Source: an uncultured Intrasporangiaceae bacterium
GTDB lineage: Bacteria; Actinomycetota; Actinomycetes; Actinomycetales; Dermatophilaceae
Assembly (NCBI GenBank): GCA_964573925.1
Contig: CAZNLX010000001.1
Location: 1 to 28,467, forward strand
DNA length: 28,467 bases
Direction: 5' to 3'
The stretch's first letter is position 1. Every line of letters begins with the position of its first letter. This document shows, piece by piece, positions 18,103 to 26,734 of this stretch. Under the pieces are notes generated by a model. The model saw nothing but the letters and a program-made list of their open reading frames with translations, was not told the DNA's origin and searched no databases. The position numbers and the translations under genes were made by a program.

Positions 18103-19604
18103 CGCTCCCGCGGACCCGGTTCGACTACACCGCGGCCCCGCGGCCGGTCGCCGAGCTCGGCGCGGTCCACCTCGTGGGTATCGGTGGTGCGGGGATGTCC
18201 GGGATCGCCCGGATGCTGCATGCTCGCGGCATACCGGTCACCGGTTCGGACGGTCGCGACTCGGCGACCCTGGCTGCGCTGCGGGACGAGGGCATCGACG
18301 TCCGGGTCGGGCACGACGCTGCGGCGATCGCGGGGGTCGACACGCTGGTCATCTCCTCGGCGATCCGCGAAGACAACCCCGAGGTGACCGCGGCGCGCGC
18401 GGCCGGCCGCCCCGTGCTGCACCGTTCCCAAGCCCTGGCCGCTCTGGCGCAGGGGTCCGCCCGACGGATCGCGGTCGCGGGCGCCAACGGCAAAACGACG
18501 ACCTCCTCGATGCTCGCTGTCGTGCTCACCCTCGCCGGGCGGGATCCCTCCTATGCGGTGGGTGGGGACCCGGTTCAGCTGGCGGCCAACGCCCGGCTGG
18601 GTTGCGGCCAGGTGTTCGTCATCGAGGCCGATGAGAGCGACGGCTCGTTCGTCGGCTACCGCCCGCAGGTTGCCCTGGTGACCAGTGTCCAGCCCGATCA
18701 CCTCGACTTCTGGGGAACCGAGCAAGGGGTGGCCGAGGGCTATCGCGCCTTCGTCGACTCGATCACGCCGGGGGGAGTGCTGGTCGCCTGCTTCGACGAT
18801 CCAGGGGCTCGAGAGTTGGCCGGGTATGCCGCGAGCCGAGGCGTCCAGGTCGTCGGCTACGGGGAGTCCGCCGATGCCGAAGTGCGCCTAGCGGACCTGC
18901 GGCCGGCCGGGCTGGGAGCCCGCGCGGGAGTCTTCGTGGACGGCGCGGCATACGAGCTGGAGTTGGTCGTGCCGGGCGAGCACAACCTGCTCAACGCCGC
19001 GGGAGTGCTGGCCATCGCCCTGTACGGACTGTCCTCGGCCGGGGCCTCGGGTGCGGACCGAACCCCGGAGGCCGTGCGGACCTGGCTCGACCTCTTGTCG
19101 AGGTTTAGGGGCGTGCGTCGCCGGTTCGAGCGGGTCGGTGAGGTCGGCGGGGTGACCGTCGTCGACGACTACGCGCACAACCCGGCAAAGGTCCGAGCCG
19201 CGGTGGCGACCGGGCGCGCCGCCGTCGGACCAGCGGGACGGCTCGTCGTCCTCTTCCAGCCGCACCTCTACTCGCGGACCCGGGATTTCGCCGCCGACTT
19301 TGGTGCCGCCCTTGCCTCGGCCGACGTCGTGCTCGTCGCCGACGTGTATGCCGCCCGCGAGGACCCCTTGCCCGGGGTGACCGGGGCACTGGTCGCCGAC
19401 GCCGTGCGGGCGACCGGCTCACTGGCCAAGGTCGAGTTCGTTGCGGGCGCCGACCGGGTCCTTCCGGCGCTGCGCGCCGCCGTCCGGTCCGGCGATGTGG
19501 TGCTCACCGTGGGGGCAGGCGACGTGACCACCGTCGGACCGGCGCTACTGGCCGCCCTGGCCGCCGACGGCGCTGCTGCCGACCGCCGGACGGGCCAGGG
19601 ATGA
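18099..19604 (+). CDS. murC: UDP-N-acetylmuramate--L-alanine ligase
   Basis: HLVGIGGAGMSGIA, GANGKTTTSSM, EADESDGSF, DHLD, GVRRRFE, DDYAHNP, FQPHLYSRT, GAGDV. ATGA overlap with murG. Confidence 0.96.
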   Translation: MTLPRTRFDYTAAPRPVAELGAVHLVGIGGAGMSGIARMLHARGIPVTGSDGRDSATLAALRDEGIDVRVGHDAAAIAGVDTLVISSAIREDNPEVTAARAAGRPVLHRSQALAALAQGSARRIAVAGANGKTTTSSMLAVVLTLAGRDPSYAVGGDPVQLAANARLGCGQVFVIEADESDGSFVGYRPQVALVTSVQPDHLDFWGTEQGVAEGYRAFVDSITPGGVLVACFDDPGARELAGYAASRGVQVVGYGESADAEVRLADLRPAGLGARAGVFVDGAAYELELVVPGEHNLLNAAGVLAIALYGLSSAGASGADRTPEAVRTWLDLLSRFRGVRRRFERVGEVGGVTVVDDYAHNPAKVRAAVATGRAAVGPAGRLVVLFQPHLYSRTRDFAADFGAALASADVVLVADVYAAREDPLPGVTGALVADAVRATGSLAKVEFVAGADRVLPALRAAVRSGDVVLTVGAGDVTTVGPALLAALAADGAAADRRTGQG

Positions 19605-20329
19605 GCGTCCGACGATTGCCCTCGGCCAGGGTTCGCCTCCAGCAGCGGGCCGTGGCCGTCCGGCGCCGACCTCTGCGCATCGTCGCAGTGCTGGCCGCGG
19701 CTGTGGCCGTGCTGGTCGGTGGGATCTGGCTGGTCTGGGCCAGTCCGGTCTTCGTCGTCGACGAGATCGTCGTCACCGGCGTCGAGGGCGCCGATCGGGA
19801 GGCCGCCCTGGGTGTCGTGGGGGTCCCACTCGGTCAGCCACTGGCCAGAGTCGACACCGCTGCAGTCGCCCAGCGCGTGGGGAGCCTCCCGATGGTCCGG
19901 CGAGCCGTGGTCACGCCGGCCTGGCCGCGCACCCTGCAGGTGGTGGTGACCCCGCGGGTAGGACTGCTCGTGGTGCGCACCGATGACGGGGTGCTCAAGG
20001 TTGTCGACGAGGACGGGGTGGCCTTCAGGGACGTGGACAGCCCTCCTCAGGGCCTGGCGGTGGTCAACGGATCGGGGCGCCAGCCGGCGCCAGAGGGCCT
20101 GCGCGCGGTCATCGACGTGCTGCGCCTGCTGCCGACCGACCAACGAGGCCGCGTTTCGGAGATCACGGTGACCAGCGCGAGCCTGGTGACCTTCACGCTC
20201 GGCGACGTCCAGGTCGTGTGGGGCGGTCGCGGGGCGGAGGAGAAGAAGCTCAAGGTGCTCCAGGTGCTCCTGGCGACCAAGCCCAAGGTCATCGACGTCA
20301 GCGCGCCGGACACCCCGGTGACTCGATAG
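19601..20329 (+). CDS. ftsQ: Cell division protein FtsQ/DivIB
   Basis: Single TM helix, a POTRA-like segment (GQPLARVD...WPRTLQVVV) and C-terminal IDVSAPDTPV. Lies between murC and ftsZ. Confidence 0.9.
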   Translation: MSVRRLPSARVRLQQRAVAVRRRPLRIVAVLAAAVAVLVGGIWLVWASPVFVVDEIVVTGVEGADREAALGVVGVPLGQPLARVDTAAVAQRVGSLPMVRRAVVTPAWPRTLQVVVTPRVGLLVVRTDDGVLKVVDEDGVAFRDVDSPPQGLAVVNGSGRQPAPEGLRAVIDVLRLLPTDQRGRVSEITVTSASLVTFTLGDVQVVWGGRGAEEKKLKVLQVLLATKPKVIDVSAPDTPVTR

Positions 20330-20444
20330 CCGACCCCTCGAGTGATCCGTGGTTGTGGCACGAAACACCAGTCACATCAGTCACTGAGGCCACTCTGACC
20401 GCACCTGTCACGAACGCAACGGACAATCTCAGGGCGAGGTCGAA

Positions 20445-20491
20445 GACACGCCGCGACGGTCGTTGGAAAGACTCCGTCGAATGCCTACGGT
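20445..20491 (+). promoter_or_regulatory. Candidate ftsZ promoter with upstream GACAC (WhiA-type) pentamer
   Basis: TTGGAA (20463-20468), 17 nt, TACGGT (20486-20491), plus GACAC at 20445-20449, within a 343-nt ftsQ-ftsZ gap. Confidence 0.5.
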
Positions 20492-20672
20492 CGGTCCGAC
20501 GGTCCGGTCGAGGCGACACTCTATCTCGACTAGACCTTCAGGTTCGACAGCGGTTCTCCGGCGTGTCGGGTGGGAGCCTCATCCGACGGCCGGGGTGCCG
20601 AGGTCGAACGGTCAGCAGCTCCAGCCCGGACGAGACGAATCGCGCGCCGAACGCAGACGAAAGGCCACCACC

Positions 20673-21851
20673 GTGGGTGCTACACCGCAGAACTACCTCG
20701 CCGTCATCAAGGTCGTCGGCATCGGTGGTGGTGGCGTCAACGCCATCAACCGGATGATCGACGTCGGCCTCAAGGGCGTCGAGTTCATCGCCATCAACAC
20801 CGACGCGCAGGCGCTGTTGATGAGTGACGCCGACGTCAAGCTCGACGTGGGCCGGGAGCTCACCCGGGGCCTGGGCGCCGGGGCGGACCCCAACGTCGGT
20901 CGCAAGGCGGCGGAGGACCACGCCGAGGAGATCGAGGAGGTCCTGCGCGGCGCGGACATGGTCTTCGTCACCGCCGGTGAGGGCGGCGGCACCGGCACCG
21001 GCGGCGCGCCAGTGGTGGCCCGGATCGCCAAGTCGCTCGGCGCGTTGACCATCGGCGTGGTCACCCGCCCGTTCACCTTCGAGGGCCGTCGGCGCGCCAA
21101 CCAGGCCGAGAGCGGGATCGGCAGCCTTCGCGAAGAGGTCGACACCCTCATCGTCATTCCCAACGACCGGCTGCTGTCGATCAGCGACCGGAACGTCTCG
21201 ATGATGGACGCCTTCCGCAGCGCCGACCAGGTGCTGCTGTCCGGCGTCCAGGGCATCACCGACCTCATCACCACCCCGGGTCTCATCAACCTCGACTTCG
21301 CCGATGTCAAGTCGGTCATGCAGGGGGCTGGCTCGGCCCTCATGGGGATTGGCTCGGCCCGCGGTGAGGACCGGGCCGTCCAGGCTGCCGAGTTGGCGAT
21401 TTCCTCGCCGCTGCTCGAGGCGAGCATCGATGGCGCGCACGGCGTGCTGCTGTCCATCTCCGGCGGCTCGGACTTGGGCCTCTTCGAGATCAACGAGGCA
21501 GCCCGCCTGGTCCAGGAGGCCGCGCACCCGGAGGCGAACATCATCTTCGGGACGGTCATCGACGACGCCCTGGGCGACGAGGTCCGGGTCACCGTCATTG
21601 CGGCCGGCTTCGACGGCGGCAACCCCACGCCGCGCAGCGACGCCCGTGCGCTTGGCCAGGTGCAGGCCGCGCCCGGCCGCCCGGCAGTTGCGACCACCCC
21701 CGTCGCGCCGGCGACCCCGGCCGAGCCGGTCGTTCCGAGCATGCCCGCGCCAATGCACACCCCCGTCGTGGTTCCGCCCGTGCCGGCCCCGCCGTCCACG
21801 GTGAACTTCGACGACGGCGACGACCTGGACGTCCCCGACTTCCTCAAGTAG
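20673..21851 (+). CDS. ftsZ: Cell division GTPase FtsZ
   Basis: [20 protein letters not shown], tubulin motif [25 protein letters not shown] and C-terminal [13 protein letters not shown] start after GAAAGG. Confidence 0.98.
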   Translation: MGATPQNYLAVIKVVGIGGGGVNAINRMIDVGLKGVEFIAINTDAQALLMSDADVKLDVGRELTRGLGAGADPNVGRKAAEDHAEEIEEVLRGADMVFVTAGEGGGTGTGGAPVVARIAKSLGALTIGVVTRPFTFEGRRRANQAESGIGSLREEVDTLIVIPNDRLLSISDRNVSMMDAFRSADQVLLSGVQGITDLITTPGLINLDFADVKSVMQGAGSALMGIGSARGEDRAVQAAELAISSPLLEASIDGAHGVLLSISGGSDLGLFEINEAARLVQEAAHPEANIIFGTVIDDALGDEVRVTVIAAGFDGGNPTPRSDARALGQVQAAPGRPAVATTPVAPATPAEPVVPSMPAPMHTPVVVPPVPAPPSTVNFDDGDDLDVPDFLK

Positions 21852-21881
21852 CCGGACGCTGGCCCGGGTGCAGTCGCGCAC

Positions 21882-21887
21882 TAGCGT
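21882..21887 (+). promoter_or_regulatory. Candidate -10 element (TAGCGT) for a leaderless or near-leaderless pgeF transcript
   Basis: TANNNT hexamer 8 nt before the pgeF ATG, with no SD sequence. Confidence 0.4.
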
Positions 21888-21895
21888 GTGAGCCG

Positions 21896-22693
21896 ATGTT
21901 CTTCTGGCGTGGGCGCTACGGCACCGTCGAGCTGGCCGTCACCGGTCGGCGCGGCGGCGCGAGTGCTGCCCCGTTCGACGGACTCAACCTCGCCCGCCAC
22001 GTCGGCGATGACCCCCGAGACGTCATGGCCAACCGGGCCGTGCTGGCCGCGCAGCTGCAGCTCCCACCCGAGCGGCTGGTCTTCATGAACCAGTGCCACG
22101 GGGCGGTGGTGCAGGTCGTCGACGGCCCCTGGCCGGCCGAACCGCCAGAGTGCGACGCCGTGGTGACCGCCTCGACCGAGCTCGCGCTGGTGGCCCTCGT
22201 CGCCGACTGCGTCCCGGTCTTGCTGGCCGACCACGATGCCGGGGTCATCGCCGCGGTGCACGCCGGCCGGCCGGGGTTGATGGCCGGGGTGGTGACGGCC
22301 GCATTGGACGCCATGGGCGACCTGGGCGCGCGTGCCCCGCGTGCGGTCGTTGGCCCTTCGATCTGCGGCCGCTGCTACGAGGTTCCGGAGGCGATGCGCC
22401 GGGACGTGGCCCGGATCGTTCCCGAGAGCGCGACGGTCTCCTGGGCCGGCACCCCGGCGGTCGATGTCGCCGCAGGGGTCGTCGCCCAGTTGGCTCGACG
22501 GTCCGTGCCGGTCTCCTGGGTGCCCGGGTGCACCCGCGAGGACGAGCGTCTCTACTCCTACCGGCGCGCGCAGCGGACCGGGCGGTTCGCCGGCGTGGTG
22601 CTGCGCCGAGGCGAACCAAGCCCGGATGGCGATGCCGGCCGGGCGGCATACCCGCAGCTGTGGACCGTCCCGAGCGGGCCGGAGGAACCATGA
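21896..22693 (+). CDS. pgeF: Peptidoglycan editing factor PgeF (YfiH/laccase-like family)
   Basis: LNLARHVGDD, MNQCHG, DAVVT, LVADCVPVLL, AVHAGRPG, GPSICGRCYEV, CTRED..LYSYRR. Canonical position after ftsZ. Confidence 0.92.
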   Translation: MFFWRGRYGTVELAVTGRRGGASAAPFDGLNLARHVGDDPRDVMANRAVLAAQLQLPPERLVFMNQCHGAVVQVVDGPWPAEPPECDAVVTASTELALVALVADCVPVLLADHDAGVIAAVHAGRPGLMAGVVTAALDAMGDLGARAPRAVVGPSICGRCYEVPEAMRRDVARIVPESATVSWAGTPAVDVAAGVVAQLARRSVPVSWVPGCTREDERLYSYRRAQRTGRFAGVVLRRGEPSPDGDAGRAAYPQLWTVPSGPEEP

Positions 22694-23436
22694 GCGAAAT
22701 GAACCGGTCGATCGACCTGCGGAGTGACCCCCGCGCCGCCGAGCTGGCTGCGAACCTCGCTGCGGTGCGACTGAGGGTGGACCGGGCCTGCGCGGCCGCC
22801 GGGCGACCCTCCGGCGAGGTGTCCGTCGTCGTCGTGACGAAGTTCTTCCCCGCCGCCGACGTTCGGCGGCTGGCCGCGCTCGGTGTCCGGGACCTCGGGG
22901 AGAACCGAGCCCAGGAGGCGGCGTCGAAGTTCGCCGAAGTTCGTTCGGACACCCCCGGGCTGCGGCTGCATTTCATCGGGCAACTGCAGACGAACAAGGC
23001 GGGGGTCGTCGCCGGGATCGCCGACGTGGTCCATGCCGTGGACCGGCCAGCCCTGGTGCGCGCGCTGGACCGGGCAGCAGCCGCGCACGACAAGCGGCTG
23101 ACGGTGTTGCTGCAGGTGTCCCTCGAGGCCGATCCGGGGGGTGCCGCGCGCCGCGGCGGCGCCGACCCCGCCGACGTGGTCGGGTTGGCCGAGATGGTCG
23201 ATCAATCCGGCGCGCTCGAACTCGGCGGGGTGATGGCCGTGGCTCCGCTGGGCGCCGATCCCGACGAGGCGTTCGCAAGGCTGGCCGAGGTCGCCGCCTC
23301 GGTGCGAGCCGTGCAGCCCGCGGCGACGTGGATCTCGGCGGGCATGAGCGGGGATCTCGAAGCAGCCGTACGGCACGGTGCGACACACCTGCGTGTCGGG
23401 ACGGCAATCCTCGGATCGCGCCCGCCCCTTCGCTAA
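22690..23436 (+). CDS. yggS: PLP homeostasis protein YggS/PROSC
   Basis: [64 protein letters not shown] overlap with pgeF and GGAGG RBS. Confidence 0.95.
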   Translation: MSEMNRSIDLRSDPRAAELAANLAAVRLRVDRACAAAGRPSGEVSVVVVTKFFPAADVRRLAALGVRDLGENRAQEAASKFAEVRSDTPGLRLHFIGQLQTNKAGVVAGIADVVHAVDRPALVRALDRAAAAHDKRLTVLLQVSLEADPGGAARRGGADPADVVGLAEMVDQSGALELGGVMAVAPLGADPDEAFARLAEVAASVRAVQPAATWISAGMSGDLEAAVRHGATHLRVGTAILGSRPPLR

Positions 23437-23439
23437 CGT
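23434..23439 (+). promoter_or_regulatory. Candidate -10 element (TAACGT) for sepF, overlapping the yggS TAA stop
   Basis: TANNNT hexamer, identical to the one upstream of divIVA. It is the only TAA stop among the called genes. Confidence 0.45.
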
Positions 23440-23519
23440 CGAGCCCAGACCCGTATGCCGTGGCGTTGCCCGGGCAGGCAGGTCGAGATGGCACCGACGG
23501 ACATAAAGGGGATGGGCCC

Positions 23520-23981
23520 ATGGCTGGGGCACTTCGCAAGACGATGGTGTACCTCGGGCTCGCCGAGGAGGACGAGCGTTACGACTCCTACGACGAAGCC
23601 TACGAGGACGACCGCGTCCCGGAGCGCACCGCCGCCGTCACCCCGCTTCCCACCCGGCCGACCTCGGTGTCCGCCGTCGTCTCCGAGGCGGAGGCCGGTT
23701 CGCTGACCCGGATCACCACGATCCACCCACGGACCTACAACGAGGCCAAGGCCATCGGCGAGTCCTTCCGGGAGAACACCCCGGTCATCATGAACCTCAC
23801 CGACATGGACGACGCCGACGCCAAGCGTCTGGTGGACTTCGCCGCCGGTCTGGTGTTCGGTCTGCACGGCTCGATCGAGCGTGTCACCGCCAAGGTCTTC
23901 CTCCTCTCGCCGGCTCACGTCGAGGTCACGGCCGAGGAGTCCCCGTCCATCCGGGCGCGCGGTCCGTTCAACCAGAGTTGA
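23520..23981 (+). CDS. sepF: Cell division protein SepF
   Basis: [17 protein letters not shown]-terminus, [48 protein letters not shown]. Confidence 0.95.
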   Translation: MAGALRKTMVYLGLAEEDERYDSYDEAYEDDRVPERTAAVTPLPTRPTSVSAVVSEAEAGSLTRITTIHPRTYNEAKAIGESFRENTPVIMNLTDMDDADAKRLVDFAAGLVFGLHGSIERVTAKVFLLSPAHVEVTAEESPSIRARGPFNQS

Positions 23982-24044
23982 TCCCCGACGGTTCGTCAGG
24001 TCGCGGGGCTGGCCTGGCGACCGGTGATCGGAGACGATAGGTCG

Positions 24045-24326
24045 ATGCGCTCCGCCTGGCAGATCGTCTCCGCCCTGCTGTTCATCTTCTTCCTCTTCCT
24101 CATCGGCCGCCTCGTGTTCGATTGGGTGCGGGTGCTGGCCAGGTCATGGCGCCCGACCGGGATCGTGCTCATCCTCGCGGAGGCGGTCTACACCGTGACC
24201 GACCCGCCGCTGCGGGCCATCCGCAAGGTGGTGCCCAGCCTCAATCTGGGGACGGTGCGGATCGATCTCGCCTTCATCATCCTGTTCCTCATCACCTCGA
24301 CGCTGATGAGCGTCCAACCGTTCTGA
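24045..24326 (+). CDS. yggT: YggT-family membrane protein (SepG/YlmG-like)
   Basis: LIGRLVFDWV, EAVYTVTDPPLRAIRKVVP, RIDLAFIIL. Lies between sepF and divIVA. GTG 24024 is an alternative start. Confidence 0.9.
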   Translation: MRSAWQIVSALLFIFFLFLIGRLVFDWVRVLARSWRPTGIVLILAEAVYTVTDPPLRAIRKVVPSLNLGTVRIDLAFIILFLITSTLMSVQPF

Positions 24327-24406
24327 CACAATGACGCGCAGGGCGCAGGCGACGCCCGGACGACCGGGGGCGACGGAGTCGGTTGGGTCGACAGGACTCG
24401 ATTAGG

Positions 24407-24412
24407 TAACGT
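24407..24412 (+). promoter_or_regulatory. Candidate -10 element (TAACGT) for divIVA
   Basis: TANNNT in an AT-richer patch 36 nt upstream of the ATG, followed by a GAGGTGA RBS. Confidence 0.45.
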
Positions 24413-24448
24413 TGGCTCGCCACTATCTACTGTCAGTCGAGGTGACCC

Positions 24449-25717
24449 ATGGCGCTCACGCCCGAACAAGTGCTCAACAAGCACTTCCAGACGACCCAAT
24501 TCCGCAAGGGGTACGACGAGCGCGACGTCGATGACTTCCTCGACGAGATCGTCGCTGAGATGCGGTCGTTGCTGGCCCAGCGCGACGACTACAAGCAGCA
24601 GCTCGCCGATTGCCGGGCCGGTCGGGGGATGTCCGACGCCCCGACGATGGCGGTGGCCTCCCCCGTCGACACCCGTGCCGCGGAGGAGCTGGAAGCCCGG
24701 CTCGCCGACGCCCAGGCTCAGCTGAGCCAGGCTCATGCCGAGCACGCCCGGGTCACCGAGTCGATCAACGGCGCCCGCGCCGAGTTCGACAGCCTGCAGG
24801 GCCGCCTCGACAGTCTGCGCGGCTCGCTGGTCGACGCTCAGGCCCAGGCGGACGGCGCCCCGCGCATGGTCCAAGACGCTGAGGCTGCGGTGGCCGATGC
24901 CCAGCGTCGGGCCGAGGAGTTCTCCTCGCGTGCCGCCGAGGCGGAGAAGCACCTCTACGAGGTCGAGTCGCGGGTGGCTGAGGCCGAGGCCAAGGTCCAG
25001 GAGGCCGCAGCCCGGGTCCATGACGCGGATCAGCGCGCTGCCGAGGCGCACGCCCGCGCCGAGCAGGCCGAGGCGGCGGCTCTGGCCGCGGCCCAGCGCG
25101 AGCAGGCCTCACTTGCCCAGGCTGCCGCTCAGCCCGAGGCGGCCGCTCCGGTCGCGGCGTTCGCGGGTGGGGCGATGGGTGGCACGGCAAGCGCCGCCGG
25201 CCTCATCGAGCTGGCCCAGCGCCTGCACGACGAGCACGTCGCCCAAGGCGAGGCCAAACGCCACGAGTTGATCAACGCGGCTGAGGCTCGCCACCACGAG
25301 TTGCTCTCGACCGGCCAGGCCCGTTTCGACGAACTGGTCGGTAGTGGTCAGCGCCAGCACGACGAGTTGCTCTTCACGGCCCAGAGCCGTCACGACGAGT
25401 TGCTCGGCACGGCCCAGCACCGTCACGACGAGCTGGTCGGCGCGGCCCAGCGCCAGCACGACGAGATGCTCGCCGAGGCTGCCAACCTCAAGGAGCAGAT
25501 GCTCACCGAGGCCCGCGAACGCTCCACCGGGATGGTCGCCGAGGCTCAGCAGAAGAAGGCCGCCGTGCTCGAGGAACTCGAGGGCCAGCGCACCGTCATT
25601 GAGCGCAAGATCGAGGACCTGCGGTCCTTCGAGCGCACCTACCGTTCGCAGCTGCGGTCCTACTTCGAGGACAAGCTCGCCGAGCTCGCCGGCACCGGGG
25701 CGGACGCCTCGGCCTGA
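24449..25717 (+). CDS. divIVA: Polar growth protein DivIVA/Wag31, long form (422 aa)
   Basis: MALTPEQVLNKHFQTTQFRKGYDERDVDDFLDEI N-terminal domain, long coiled coils and C-terminal IEDLRSFERTYRSQLRSYFE. Confidence 0.95.
   Translation: MALTPEQVLNKHFQTTQFRKGYDERDVDDFLDEIVAEMRSLLAQRDDYKQQLADCRAGRGMSDAPTMAVASPVDTRAAEELEARLADAQAQLSQAHAEHARVTESINGARAEFDSLQGRLDSLRGSLVDAQAQADGAPRMVQDAEAAVADAQRRAEEFSSRAAEAEKHLYEVESRVAEAEAKVQEAAARVHDADQRAAEAHARAEQAEAAALAAAQREQASLAQAAAQPEAAAPVAAFAGGAMGGTASAAGLIELAQRLHDEHVAQGEAKRHELINAAEARHHELLSTGQARFDELVGSGQRQHDELLFTAQSRHDELLGTAQHRHDELVGAAQRQHDEMLAEAANLKEQMLTEARERSTGMVAEAQQKKAAVLEELEGQRTVIERKIEDLRSFERTYRSQLRSYFEDKLAELAGTGADASA
25226..25555 (+). repeat. Ten in-frame 33-nt (11-aa) degenerate tandem units within divIVA
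   Basis: HDEHVAQGEAK / RHELINAAEAR / HHELLSTGQAR / FDELVGSGQRQ / HDELLFTAQSR / HDELLGTAQHR / HDELVGAAQRQ / HDEMLAEAANL / KEQMLTEARER / STGMVAEAQQK. Confidence 0.85.
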
Positions 25718-25957
25718 TCCGGTGACCCGCCGGCGCGACCCTCACGGTCGGCGTATGCCGCCGAGCGCCGCGCGACGTGGGGCCTGGACTTCGGTCCGGG
25801 CCCCACGTCTGTTTCGTGTCCTTGATCACCATCGAGTAACGGCGCGGCGCGTTGTTCGCCCGCATGACTCCCACGATGCGCTTTCGTGGCTTATCCTCGG
25901 GCGCGATCGCCCCTCATTCGAACGGGCGACCGAGACCCGGAAGGGATCCGAGCGGCC

Positions 25958-26734
25958 ATGGCTGCGACGAAGGGCACATCCGCCGCCCCGGTGGCCAAGG
26001 CCGTGACGAAGGCGGCGTCCTCGGCCCGGAAGGCGGCCGCGCTCGCCCCGGCGAAGAAGACCACGGCGCCCGCCGCCACGTCGGCACGGGCGACGCCTGC
26101 GCCTGCCAAGACGGCCAAGGCGGCGACGAAGGCCACGGCGGTGCCGGCGAAGAAGGTGGCGACGAAGGCCGCTCCCGTGCCGGCCAAACCGGCCAAGAAG
26201 GTGGCTACGAAGGCCGCTCCTGCGCCGGCCAAGCCGGCCAAGAAGGCGGCGACCAAGGCCGCTCCCGTACCGGCCAAGCCGGCCAAGAAGGCGGCGACCA
26301 AGGCCGCGCCGGCGCCGGCCAAGCTGGTCGCGGTCGACGACAGCCCACTGCCGGTCCGCGCCGACGAGGAACCGTGGACCGAGGCCGAGCTCAAGGAGAT
26401 CCGGCGCGAGATCGAGCGTGACATCGCCCGTGGGCTCGCGGACATCGCCACGGCGGAGGAGGACCTGCAGGGCCTCATCTGGGACGCCGGTGACGGCTCC
26501 GGCGACGATCAGGCCGACGCCGGTGCCAAGACCTACGAGCGCGAGCAGGAGATCTCGCTGGCCAACATCTCCCGGGACAAGCTCGCGCAGAACCGCCACG
26601 CCCTGGAGCGGCTCGACAACGGCAGCTACGGGGTGTGTGAGTCCTGCGGCGAGCCGATCGGCAAGTTTCGACTCCAGGCCGCCCCGCGTGCGACCCTATG
26701 CAGGTCATGCAAGGAGAAATCAGAACGCGGGTGA
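25958..26734 (+). CDS. Histone-H1-like N-terminus fused to a DksA/TraR C4 zinc-finger domain (DdbA-like), about 258 aa
   Basis: Ala/Lys/Pro-rich N-terminal half, coiled-coil tip DDQADAG (DxxD) and zinc finger CESC...CRSC. Located before lspA, like Streptomyces ddbA. Confidence 0.88.
   Translation: MAATKGTSAAPVAKAVTKAASSARKAAALAPAKKTTAPAATSARATPAPAKTAKAATKATAVPAKKVATKAAPVPAKPAKKVATKAAPAPAKPAKKAATKAAPVPAKPAKKAATKAAPAPAKLVAVDDSPLPVRADEEPWTEAELKEIRREIERDIARGLADIATAEEDLQGLIWDAGDGSGDDQADAGAKTYEREQEISLANISRDKLAQNRHALERLDNGSYGVCESCGEPIGKFRLQAAPRATLCRSCKEKSERG
26144..26323 (+). repeat. Four tandem 45-nt (15-aa) PAKK units
   Basis: PAKKVATKAAPVPAK / PAKKVATKAAPAPAK / PAKKAATKAAPVPAK / PAKKAATKAAPAPAK. 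Confidence 0.92.

Noticed and set aside
23382-25820. GACAC/GTGTC pentamers near sepF, divIVA and ddbA as WhiA sites
   Set aside because: A 5-mer of this composition is expected about once per kb per strand, and the spacing to the candidate -10 elements is inconsistent.
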